Positions 24,208 through 35,955 of a stretch of 64,000 bases of DNA are shown here, piece after piece; positions within the stretch are counted from its first letter, which is position 1; each line of letters begins with the position of its first letter. Under the pieces are notes generated by a model. The model saw only the letters and a program-made list of their open reading frames with translations, was not told the origin of the DNA and did not search any database. The stretch lies in the NCBI RefSeq assembly GCF_009914755.1, contig NC_060927.1; one strand, 5' to 3'. A program made the translations under genes and the position numbers. This stretch comes from the human T2T-CHM13v2.0 reference genome, Homo sapiens.

Positions 24208-26617
24208 GTAACAGGGAGAGCTCCCCCACCCAGGCTGTGCCCACTCGGCTTCCATGAACCTCAGCAGCACTCTACGGGACTCTTTACAGATCCAGGAGCC
24301 AAGCTCTAAGTTTAAAACACTTCGTAATTTTCCAGAAAGCCTGTTAGCAGAAAGATGCAGGGGGTCCCTGGAACATTGTGGGTGCTGTCTGCAGTAAAAC
24401 AACAAGAAGCCTTTTCAGAAGTACGTGGGTAACCAAGACTGGAAGCGGTCTCCAGTTTTATATTGCATTCACTCAAAAGGAGGCTAAAGAAGGGAGCATA
24501 GTCGAAACTGTTGTTAAGAAAGGCAGGCTGGTAGGAAACATCCCTATTTTTGGTGACCTGGCTGGTTGCACTTCCTGACCTCTTGTGGAAAACCAGTTTT
24601 CCTCTTCGGAGGGCAGTGAGTGTGTGTCCTTTCTTCCTGTTGGAGCAGGAAAGAGTGCCGAGCACACTAGTGTGCTGTTTAGATAAAAATCAGCTAGAAA
24701 GACTACTTGCCCCACCCAAGCCAGCATTCCAACTGTTCCTTTTCTGATTTTATGTCCCCACTCAGAAAGGAGGAGAGTTAGGTCTATGAAAGGGCCAGTA
24801 CTCCATGCCAATTCTTTAACTATAATTACATTCTCTGAACACACGAAAAAGACTAGAGCTGATTTATAAGGGTATCCTTGTGGAGTGTGCCTGTTTCCAT
24901 CTCCAAACAATATGATGATGGTGGGGATGGCACCTCAGTTTCTGCAAGTGAACTTTGCTAACTACTGGGCCCTACAATGTTCTGCAAGGTGTCCCTGGAT
25001 TTTGCATTGCATTTTCCATTTAGTTAACTTCACAACTGGATGGATGCTTTCTGCCTCTTCTGACCTCTTAAGGAATATGGCTCAATTGCTTTCTGACAAG
25101 AGACTTTGGAGGTGTTAGTCCAAGATTTTTAATTCAGCATATTTTTTGAGCACCTTTGTGGGCATGACATCATTTTCAGACACTCAGATGTCCCCATGGG
25201 TCTGCCAGTGTTATGCCACCCACGAATGTTAATTATAACTGAGGGGCCCATTTCTTGCAACCTGAGAGCTTTGTAGTGAACTCTGCCACAAACTCGCTCT
25301 TCTGGATTTCCTGATGAAAAAGGCCTTTGTGTGTGGGGGTTTCTGCCGCTTTCACCTTAGTTACCCTCCCTCCTGTGAGGCTGACCCACTGTCCTCTCTA
25401 AAGGCAGTTCTGTTTCAGAAGAAATAGCAAGTTTTTACTCTTGGGAGAAGCCTATTTGAAAGAAGAGTCCATCCCTTCTTCATTGTAGTAAGCAGTTTCT
25501 GCTTGCCCAAAAATTCATCCTCAGAGCATTCCAAAATAAGCTTCCTTATTTTGGATACTTTTGCTATAGAACCTTGCTCCAAATCCTGTGGGGTCCCTCT
25601 CTCTTTGACTAATTACTGACTTTTTTTTTTTTTTTTTTTTTCTGTTCCTTCCCAGCAAATCCCTCTTACTTTGCCTGTCTCTGTCTGGGCATCTCTTTGT
25701 TACAAGTTTTGTTTTCCTGCATCTCTGGTTACTTTAAGATATATAAGTGCAAGGATTAAGACAACCCTGTTGTAAATATCCAGATGCCTCTCTTCATTCT
25801 TGGGCCTTATGTATTTCCAGTGGACTTGGCTACCTCATGGGGTTAGCTGCATATATATAGTTCATGGGTAAGAACCAAAGGTGGAGGTTTGGCCTAATGG
25901 GCAAATATTCTTTAATCTGTCCCCACGTGGGCCTCTCCATACACATGTATCCTGGTTCACTGAACAGATGAAAAAGCAGGAATGAGTCGAAATCATATAA
26001 TCACCCCTCCCACCCTAAAGGGAAAGTCAGGTTGAAATCCAGCTCTTTCAACAGTGGACGCTTATTCTGAAATAGCCTTCTATGGCTTTCAGATCTGTAG
26101 AACAACTCAAGTCATGGTCCTCTGTGAAAACTGTTTGGATAAGTTCATTCGCTTCACAGGGGGAAATTGCTTAGAATTAGAGAACTTTTAAAGAATAGAG
26201 AAACTAATGTTTCATTGGTAAAACAAAATTCCATATTTCTAAATAGCATGGTTTGAGAACCTCAAGCAGGAATTATTTTGGCAGGTTAGAATCCATGTCC
26301 ATATATATTATAGCATTTTAGATTTAAAGGGCTCTTTTGGAAATAATACAGACATGCCAAAAGCGTGCTATGTTAAAATTTGGGGTACAGGGCTTCTCAG
26401 GTTCCCAGTTGGGTTTTTAAAACCATTCTTAAAATACAGAAGTAAAGAGAAACTGGCCCAAGCACAGTGACTCACGCCTGTAATGCCAACACTTTGGGAG
26501 GCTGAGGTGGGAAGATTGCTTGAGTCCAGGATTTTGAGGCCACCCGTGGCAACATTAAGACCCCATCTCTACCAAAAAAAAAAAAAAATGGTGCCCTGTG
26601 GTGGTGGTCTCCTTTAA

Positions 26618-27362
<745 letters not shown>

Positions 27363-27678
27363 TGTTTTTGGTTTTGGTGGTGGGATCTTGCTATTTTTTT
27401 AAGGTGGGATCTTGCTGTATTACCCAGGCTGGAGTGCAGTGGTTATTCACAGATACAGTCATGGCACACTACAGACTCAGCCTCCTAGGCTCAAGTGATT
27501 CTTCCACCTCAGCTTCCCGAGTAGCTGGGATTACAGGTGCACAGCACTGTGCCCAGCTCTAGATGGCTGTTTTTAACTTTTATTTTTTTTAATTTATAGC
27601 TTACAGAAAAGTTGCAGTAATAATAGTAACTCCATATATTCCTTCTCCAGATTTACTGATTATGTACGTTTTGTCCCA

Positions 27679-27726
<48 letters not shown>

Positions 27727-27727
27727 T
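27679..27727 (+). repeat. (TTA)n repeat, Alu tail-derived
   Basis: attattatt... Confidence 0.95.
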
Positions 27728-28008
27728 TGAGACGGAGTCTCGCCCTGTTGCCTAGGTTGGAGTGCAATGGTGTGATCTCTACTCACTGCAACCTCCGCCT
27801 CTCGGGTTCAAGCGATTCTCCCCACATCAGCTTCCCAAATAGCTGGGATTACAGGCACCTGTTACCACACTTGGTTAATTTTTGTTATTTTTAGTAGAGA
27901 CAGGGTTTTGCCATGTTGGCCAGACTGGTCTCAAACTCCTGACCTCAGGTGATCTGCCTGCTTCGTCCTCCCAAAGTGCTGGGATTAGAGGCATGAGGCG
28001 TGCGTGTA

Positions 28009-28041
<33 letters not shown>

Positions 28042-28477
28042 ATATATGTTTGTGATCTGAGAGTGAGTTGGCATATTGGAAACACAATGCCTTTACCCCT
28101 AATCACATTACAATTACAGAAATCAGGAAATTTGATTTTGATACAGTACTAGCATCTACTCCTCAGTCCATAATCAAGGTTCAACAATTGTCCCAACAGT
28201 GCTTTTCATAGCTAGCCACTCCCTCCAGTCCAGAGTCACTAATTACATATAGTTGTCCTGTTTCTAGTAACTATCCTCTGTAACCCAGAACAGTTCTTCA
28301 GGTTTTTTGGTCCATTTTGATTTTGCTGCTTTTGAAGAAAGACAGATGTCTTTTGTAGACCATCCCACAATATGTGTTTGTCTGATGCTTCCTTGTGATT
28401 AGTTGTGGCTTATGTGGTATTTTCTGTGCTTGGCTCTAAGCCTCTGTGTCTTTCTCCACTCTTGCTTTTCCCTCCAG

Positions 28478-29929
28478 GTAGAAAAGATCCGCCAGGTGAA
28501 AGCCAAGTCTCTGTACCTGCAGGTGGAGAAGCTGCGGCAAAACCTCAACAAGCTTGAGAGCACCATCAGTGCCGTGCAGCAGGTCCTGGAGGAGGGTAGA
28601 GCGCTAGACATCCTACTGGCCCGAGACCGGATGCTGGCCCAGGTGCAGGAGCTGAAGACCGTGCGGAGCCTCCTGCAGCCCCAGGAAGACGACCGAGTCA
28701 TGTTCACACCCCCCGATCAGGCACTGTACCTTGCCATCAAGTCTTTTGGCTTTGTTAGCAGCGGGGCCTTTGCCCCACTCACCAAGGCCACAGGCGATGG
28801 CCTCAAGCGTGCCCTCCAGGGTAAGGTGGCCTCCTTCACAGTCATTGGTTATGACCACGATGGTGAGCCCCGCCTCTCAGGAGGCGACCTGATGTCGGCT
28901 GTGGTCCTGGGCCCTGATGGCAACCTGTTTGGTGCAGAGGTGAGTGATCAGCAGAATGGGACATACGTGGTGAGTTACCGACCCCAGCTGGAGGGTGAGC
29001 ACCTGGTATCTGTGACACTGTGCAACCAGCACATTGAGAACAGCCCTTTCAAGGTGGTGGTCAAGTCAGGCCGCAGCTACGTGGGCATTGGGCTCCCGGG
29101 CCTGAGCTTCGGCAGTGAGGGTGACAGCGATGGCAAGCTCTGCCGCCCTTGGGGTGTGAGTGTAGACAAGGAGGGCTACATCATTGTCGCCGACCGCAGC
29201 AACAACCGCATCCAGGTGTTCAAGCCCTGCGGCGCCTTCCACCACAAATTCGGCACCCTGGGCTCCCGGCCTGGGCAGTTCGACCGACCAGCCGGCGTGG
29301 CCTGTGACGCCTCACGCAGGATCGTGGTGGCTGACAAGGACAATCATCGCATCCAGATCTTCACGTTCGAGGGCCAGTTCCTCCTCAAGTTTGGTGAGAA
29401 AGGAACCAAGAATGGGCAGTTCAACTACCCTTGGGATGTGGCGGTGAATTCTGAGGGCAAGATCCTGGTCTCAGACACGAGGAACCACCGGATCCAGCTG
29501 TTTGGGCCTGATGGTGTCTTCCTAAACAAGTATGGCTTCGAGGGGGCTCTCTGGAAGCACTTTGACTCCCCACGGGGTGTGGCCTTCAACCATGAGGGCC
29601 ACTTGGTGGTCACTGACTTCAACAACCACCGGCTCCTGGTTATTCACCCCGACTGCCAGTCGGCACGCTTTCTGGGCTCGGAGGGCACAGGCAATGGGCA
29701 GTTCCTGCGCCCACAAGGGGTAGCTGTGGACCAGGAAGGGCGCATCATTGTGGCGGATTCCAGGAACCATCGGGTACAGATGTTTGAATCCAACGGCAGC
29801 TTCCTGTGCAAGTTTGGTGCTCAAGGCAGCGGCTTTGGGCAGATGGACCGCCCTTCCGGCATCGCCATCACCCCCGACGGAATGATCGTTGTGGTGGACT
29901 TTGGCAACAATCGAATCCTCGTCTTCTAA
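28478..29929 (+). CDS. TRIM71: TRIM71 terminal coding exon 4 (1452 nt incl. TAA): coiled-coil end, filamin-type Ig repeat, six NHL repeats
   Basis: Acceptor cttgcttttccctccag|GTA, open to TAA at 29927-29929. Filamin-like [11 protein letters not shown]...SPFKVVV, then six ~47-aa NHL repeats (RPWGV, RPAGV, YPWDV, SPRGV, RPQGV, RPSGI; D..N.R.Q.F). With a recalled 284-codon exon 1 outside the window, the exons sum to the 868-aa TRIM71. Confidence 0.98.
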   Translation, partial: VEKIRQVKAKSLYLQVEKLRQNLNKLESTISAVQQVLEEGRALDILLARDRMLAQVQELKTVRSLLQPQEDDRVMFTPPDQALYLAIKSFGFVSSGAFAPLTKATGDGLKRALQGKVASFTVIGYDHDGEPRLSGGDLMSAVVLGPDGNLFGAEVSDQQNGTYVVSYRPQLEGEHLVSVTLCNQHIENSPFKVVVKSGRSYVGIGLPGLSFGSEGDSDGKLCRPWGVSVDKEGYIIVADRSNNRIQVFKPCGAFHHKFGTLGSRPGQFDRPAGVACDASRRIVVADKDNHRIQIFTFEGQFLLKFGEKGTKNGQFNYPWDVAVNSEGKILVSDTRNHRIQLFGPDGVFLNKYGFEGALWKHFDSPRGVAFNHEGHLVVTDFNNHRLLVIHPDCQSARFLGSEGTGNGQFLRPQGVAVDQEGRIIVADSRNHRVQMFESNGSFLCKFGAQGSGFGQMDRPSGIAITPDGMIVVVDFGNNRILVF

Positions 29930-29957
29930 TTGCATTTCCTAGGTTTCTGTGTTTGGG

Positions 29958-30007
29958 GTGTGTGTGCGTGTCTCTCTCTCTCTCTCTTTCTCTTTCTCTC
30001 TCTCTCT
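29958..30007 (+). repeat. (TG)n(TC)n compound microsatellite at start of 3'UTR
   Basis: gtgtgtgtgcgtgtctctctctc... Confidence 0.9.
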
Positions 30008-30032
30008 TTTTGAATTTCAAAGAAGAAACAGT

Positions 30033-30040
30033 CTCAGGGA
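30033..30040 (+). promoter_or_regulatory. miR-125/lin-4 family 8mer site
   Basis: CTCAGGGA, complementary to seed of UCCCUGAG; ~100 nt after the stop. Confidence 0.85.
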
Positions 30041-30100
30041 AATTTCTTTTTTCTTTTTTTTTTTTAAAGAGAACAAGAAAAGTACAACATTGCTTAAGTC

Positions 30101-30188
30101 CTACCTCATCTTTATTTTTTTACAGATGAATGTACTTATCTTTTCTGCAGGGATTGAGCCTGTGAAGTGATAATTTCTATCTACCTCA
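30101..30188 (+). promoter_or_regulatory. Proximal pair of let-7 8mer sites
   Basis: CTACCTCA at 30101-30108 and 30181-30188. let-7 repression of lin-41/TRIM71 is established. Confidence 0.92.
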
Positions 30189-31643
30189 TAAATCTTTACA
30201 TTTCCTTCTGCAACAGGCCCTCTTCCCCTCCTCAGTGGAGTTTGCATTTCCCTCTTCCCCTGCGTGGGGCATGATATGCACAAGCCTGGCATCTGTATGG
30301 CTGGGAGGGCACTGGATGTGTGTGGTGGGGTGTATTCTGTAGATTGAGCCAAGGAAACACAAAAAAAAACTACTAAGTAAAAAAACAAAAAACTATAAAA
30401 CATGGAAAAAATAGGATTTGAAATGCATAATTATAGAATACCTGTGTTCTTGAGAATACTGTTTATATGGGGTTTAGATTATGTTGTGTTGTTTTGATCT
30501 TTTTGGAAAATCTTCTCTTTTTAAATGCTGCAACAGAGAAATTTCCTCTGTTCTCTGTTTATACCTCAGTGTGTTTAACATCCTCTTCTGCATCGTTTCT
30601 TGATCTTAGACGTTGTGGCTGTGGCTTGCTAGCCAAGAAAAGCAGACCCTTCATATTTTAGGGTATATAATCTTTGTTTCTTTTAAGGGAGGGTGTGTGC
30701 ATGTTTGTTTCAAAGCCATCTTGCACCCAAGTAGTAAAGCTGAAAATGACACACTGCCTCCCAAAGAACCTCTCCTTTTCACACTTTGGTTTCTTAAAAA
30801 AGTATATAGATGGTAGCTCAGGATTTTTGATTAAACATATTCTCAAAAGTTATGCTTTCTTATTTTGCTGTTAGGTTATAAAGGGTTAAATGGAAGGAAA
30901 AAGGAAATTAACCTCGTTCTCAGAGAGAGGGTTTTCAGGCATGGGCTGACGTGGACATGAATGTGGGTGGACATGCGTGTGCTGAGGGAGTCAGGGAGCA
31001 CATTAAAGAACAAGGCACCCCCAAACTATAGGAACTCCACAGAAAGGGCAGGGTCTGCCCTGACCCGCGAGTGCATGTTGTTCTGTAGTGCTAGGGGTTT
31101 CTTTTCCTAAGAAGAGTAGGCAAAGGAAAGAACTTTTATTTTACAAGCACAATTTTTTCCTGCTTTGAAAGTTCAGGGAAATAGAAGGTTTGAAAGTCAA
31201 ATTAATACCAACAGCCCAGTCCCACACCCTCTGCTTGGGTCACTTTTTATAGGATTGTTTGCACCCAGGCCATGCTTTAGGACCTCATGGTTAACATGAA
31301 TCCCCCCGCCCCCTCTCCCCCCAAGGCCTTTGACCATAAAGGATCTAGAAACCAAATTGTCCCAACCTGAAATGTAGGATGTAATGTCTTTTCTTAAACC
31401 TGTAACTCGGTACCAAAGAATGAAAATTTAAGGCTCCCACTGCAGAACTGTGGGGTAGAATCTGTGTCACTTTACAGGATTGGTTGGTTGTAAGCTGGAC
31501 TTGGGTACAAAACTTGTGCTTCTGGGCATTGTCTGTCTTTCAAGTGCAAAGCAGATGTAGCTGATACCCTGCTTGTCAGAACCCAGTGGGTTCCTGCAAT
31601 GCCCCAAATACTGAAATAAGAACCAAATTCTGGAGGAGCCCTC

Positions 31644-31651
31644 CTCAGGGA
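31644..31651 (+). promoter_or_regulatory. Second miR-125 8mer seed match
   Basis: CTCAGGGA; additional TCAGGGA 7mer-A1 matches at 30991 and 31173. Confidence 0.6.
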
Positions 31652-33937
31652 AAAGAGGGACTCTCAAACAAACGTCAGTGACTTACAAGGGAGACCTCTT
31701 GTTTAAAGACTTATGGATCAACTTCTGTTCCTCTGTTTAAGAGAAATTTCTGTTGCAAAATGGGTATCGTTTTAAATGAGCAGAACAGATTAACAAATGG
31801 AGCAATTTGTTTCTGTTATCCCAATAGAAAAGGAGATGATGGGGACAGTGTGACAAGTCAATCAAGTTGCTTTTCCCGTACACCTCTTTTGGACGTTTAA
31901 TTTACTACTACTACAAGCTACTCTGTCTCTTCCCATTGCTTTAATTCTAGGGTTTCTGAGTGACCAAAATGGGAAGGAAAAAAAAAACCTCATCTCACAG
32001 AGGAGAACTGCATGCAATAAAAGATTCAAAAGTTGGAAAGTAGCTTCAAACTGCTGCTGGCTCCCAGCTGCTGTTACAGGGTGGGAAGGTGTTAGGAAAT
32101 GTTGTTTGTTAGAAGCTCCTTTTACTGTAGAATTTAATAGCGAATCCTTCCCCAATGCCTATTCAGTTGCCTTTTGGCCGTTAAGCTCTAAGTTCTTTGG
32201 TAAAGAGTTAATATAATTAAACATTTTTACTGTTTTCTATTTTGGAGTAACTTGGTGCTGATCTTCCTTCCCTTTCCCCAGCTGCCCAACAAGCCACCCT
32301 TTAAACACCAAAGACAACTGGTTTTAAATGCTTGAAAAAAATTTTATTGAGGAGATGGATCTTGATTAAAATCTTTTCATCATCATTTTCATTCTGCTCT
32401 TTTCTTTCTAATTTCCCCAGATGTAGGAAAATTTTGGGACCTGAGTGAGAAATGTTCTTGGTGCATAACAGTAACTAGAGCTCCTTATTTGACATTTTAC
32501 TATGGATGTGATCGAAAAGCCAAGATTTTCGCTCCATGGCTGAAATTATCAGGTCTTAATTTACAGACTTGTAAATTTGCAGGCTTAGAGCAACTAGAAC
32601 TATCCCCTGAAATAGGTGTGTAGGTCAGAGATACTACCTCTTTGTCCTCAGTGGTGGTATATCTATCTCCTTACCTTTCTGTACCCAAAATGGTGCATGA
32701 CTGGTATTTGAGAAACATGGTCACATTTGGAAAGCTTTTGTTTTTAAAACATTGGCGGTTTTTCCTGCCCGTGGTTGACTCCTGACCCATAGGGATTGGT
32801 GCGAAGCACTTTGGAGAGTGTTTATTGTATGATGTGAAATGTTCTAAATCAAAGAAAGATGATAAAAGCCAACATTTGGCAGTCCCTAGTGTGAAACTGT
32901 GAAAAGTACCTGTGTTTAAATGCATAATCTCCTGCCCGGGTAATGCCAGGTAGCCAGGAGTTGGGTCAAAGAAGGGAGTCTTCATCCTGATGGAAAAAAT
33001 AAGGTCCTGGGTATTATGAGGTAGGAGAATAAAAAGGTTTCTGGGGAGTAAGTATGACAATTACTAGTCCCCATGGAGGTCTGATCTGGTCAGGTGGCAA
33101 GGGTTGGGTGGGGTATGATGTAAGCTCAGTTTATGTGTGGAGATGCCCATTGGGTTTGGATATATAGGTTTGAGTATTGAGATGTTTAAAGGACATCTAA
33201 CCCATAGGTAAAAACTACTTTTGCTTGACACTGACTTAACATTTCAAAAGTGTTATTTTTGGTCCCAAGATCTAATGCTGTCTCAGAACATGTGCCCTGT
33301 TGTGGCTGCAAGTGGCACTCAAGTTGACTAGAGCACAGTGACCTGGGTTGTACCCCAAGTGCACTAACTCCTCAATGCCCTTTTAAGTCTAACTTATTTG
33401 GGAAACACATAACAAAGGGTACCATAAACCGAATCCAAATTACGTGTTGGGCCAAAAATGTTGCCAGAACTGAGGCACTTTGTGATGGAGTTGCAAGAGA
33501 TAGCTTGAGATCGGCTCAGTCTGATTTATTCTAGTTAAGCCAAAGCTTAATTATTTGAGGAGGAAAGTCTTTTAGGCTTGAAGCAGCAAAATACTGTTTA
33601 TATATGTGTTACCTTCCTCGTTGGAAGATTCTAAGATTGCTCTGTTCTGGTAGGTGGTGAAAGATATGCCAAAGTTTTAGGCTTGTTTTTCTGATCTTAT
33701 TTTTTTAATCCAGTGGTGCCAAAAAGTATTTAGGGTATGTTTAAGGTATATTTAAAACATCACTCTGAATGAGTTTCCAACAGTCTGGGGCTGTATAAAA
33801 GTCACACTCTTGTACTTGCAGGTGATGGTGTCACAGGGCCAGGGCCTCCAGAGCTCTACGGCTTTCTCTGGTTTTCTATAGGGCCAAGGGCACAGGACGC
33901 AGCATTCCAGACCACACTGACTGCTTTTGCTGAGTTT

Positions 33938-34042
33938 CTACCTCACTTGTGGCAAGTCATCTACCTCATGTTAGCATCTGACAGGTCTCAAAAAGAATAG
34001 TATTAATCCAGTGGGCAGTGGGTGGGAGTGGGAAGCTACCTC
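33938..34042 (+). promoter_or_regulatory. Distal let-7 seed cluster
   Basis: CTACCTCA at 33938-33945 and 33961-33968; CTACCTC at 34036-34042. Confidence 0.7.
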
Positions 34043-35913
34043 TAAAAGAAATGTTACCATAAATCTACAACTGATTTCTCCCAGGAGAAATGTTCTACTT
34101 ACCTTGAAAGAGAAATGTCAGGCAAATGTAGTCATAAATCCAAGTAGTTCTTAGCAATCTGGCTTTTCCCCCTCAAAAAGAATTATGCATACCATTACTG
34201 TTGTTCAGTATTATGAAACTACTGGTTAATCTGACCTATTGGAGGACTTAACTACAAATAAAGACCTTTAGGTCTCTTTCTCTTCAAGAGAAAAATATTT
34301 TATCTGTATTTCGAATGTCTGCAAATAATACCCTTTAGGAGCAATTCTAAAGGTCTAGATCTTGGAAACATCAAATATTTGAAGGGAATGAGAATCCTCT
34401 TGACTTCATGATTGTATTTGTAGCTCTCTGGACCCGGCAGGACGTTCATCACCATGATGTTGCAACAATCACTGTTTTGACTGAGCAGTGACTGTTGAAG
34501 TGTGTATTGCTCTTTTGTTTTGTTTTTATTTTTTTCTACCAAAGGTAACATGTTGACGGGTTTTTTTTTTCCTTGTTTATTAAATACTTGATAAAGTTGA
34601 GAAGCACATTACCAGGATATACTGTATTGACCCTCCCACCTCTCTTCTGCCCTAATTTTTGGTTGTTTGGAAGAGAGGAGGGTCCTAAGACCACTGTCAT
34701 TATCATGAGGGGCTTATAAATGTCATGGTGAAGAAATACCTCAATGATGTCTATTTTTAAAACTGATCTTACGGGTTAACAAGCCAGCCTGGTGGGATAT
34801 TTTCCATCATCATTTAACCAATAATGGTTCTAAAAGTTTTGTGTATCCACATGGTCTTAGACCTCCTTTTAATGATTGTATTAACTTACAAGCTCAGGTA
34901 GTATTTTTCTTAAGACTCTATCTCAGAGCACACTGACTGAATGTTGATGTGTGTAGCAAAGTGTTTACTTTCTTTAAATAACCAGCTCTGTAACTCTGTA
35001 AGTTCTTTGTGTTTCTAGCAGTCTGTGTAGTTGTCTTTCTTCAGAGGAAGATTTTTCACATTTCTGGGGTTTTCTTGCTTTTAGGGTGGTAAGATTCTTT
35101 TTTTCCCTTTTCTCCTAAAATCGATGCAGGTAAGGGTGGGTGGGTAAGGGGTGTTGTTTTTTAACTAGCATGTTAGTTATACTTGGGTGGGTGGGAGGGT
35201 TGTTAAACTGAATCTTGCTTAATACTGTCCATTAGCTCTCATGCCGGGTCAGCAAAATGCTTTAATTTTTAACTGCAGAACATGTGACTCGGTTGAGTCT
35301 TTTTGTCTTTTTTTTTTTTAAATAAACAATTGGGGGAATTAATGTGGGCAAGTTGCCTTATGTTAGAATGACTAAGTTAAACCTCTTAATTTGTATTTGT
35401 CCAAGGCAGACATGATATAAGGAATATGCACTACCGTAGTAACTCCCCTGGCCGCAGAAACCACACTGCAAGCCTGTCCGGGGTGGGGTGCTGACTGCCA
35501 TTTGCCACTTTTAAATGGGCACTGCCGTGGTAATGTGAATCCCATCAATGCAGTAGATGGGTGGGGAAATGAAGATTTCCCCCCAAACCTTTAGGCAAAA
35601 GTGAGTTTTTGTTTGGTTGATTTTGGGTTTTTTTCCCCCCTCCTCTTTTGGCTTTCACATTTTAAATCTTAAATGTTACTATTGCAGGCCGCAGGCATGA
35701 CAGGCAATGAGCAGGTGAAGAACCAATGGAAAAGTGTTCAAAAACTCCTGTGTTAGCTAACAGGCTTCTGAATGTATCACTGTGGTCCACAGAGAAGGCT
35801 GGAGGAGGTAGCAAGGAGATGCTGTATCAGCTACTACAGCCTTAAAACAAAGTTGGTGTCTCTTTGGACTTTAAAATTGTTCCTATGCAGCTTATTTTAT
35901 TTTTGTTTAATCA

Positions 35914-35955
35914 AATAAACGAGGGTTTTTCCATGGCTACAGTGTGTCTGTGTGA
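35914..35955 (+). terminator. TRIM71: Distal polyadenylation site of TRIM71
   Basis: U-rich upstream (ttattttatttttgttt), AATAAA 35914-35919, CA at 35940-35941, then GU-rich gtgtgtctgtgtg. Confidence 0.85.

Larger units (their letters stand above)
29930..35941 (+). other. TRIM71: TRIM71 long 3'UTR (~6 kb)
   Basis: Follows the stop codon, is U-rich and has no Alus. Contains many miRNA seed matches and ends at an AATAAA + CA + GU-rich element. Confidence 0.85.

Noticed and set aside
25830-25837. let-7 8mer CTACCTCA in intron 3
   Set aside because: Intronic, absent from the mature mRNA.
28403-28477. N-terminal 25 aa (MWLMWYFL...) of the 508-aa ORF
   Set aside because: Intronic polypyrimidine tract read through in frame; the real exon starts at the AG at 28476-28477.
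28399-29935. Antisense and alternate-frame ORFs over exon 4
   Set aside because: Expected shadows of a GC-rich coding exon.
34853-34863. GGTC-TTA-GACC tri-loop hairpin as a TRIM71 autoregulatory element
   Set aside because: Only a 4-bp stem with C-G rather than the preferred U-A closing pair; expected by chance and unsupported without folding or CLIP data.
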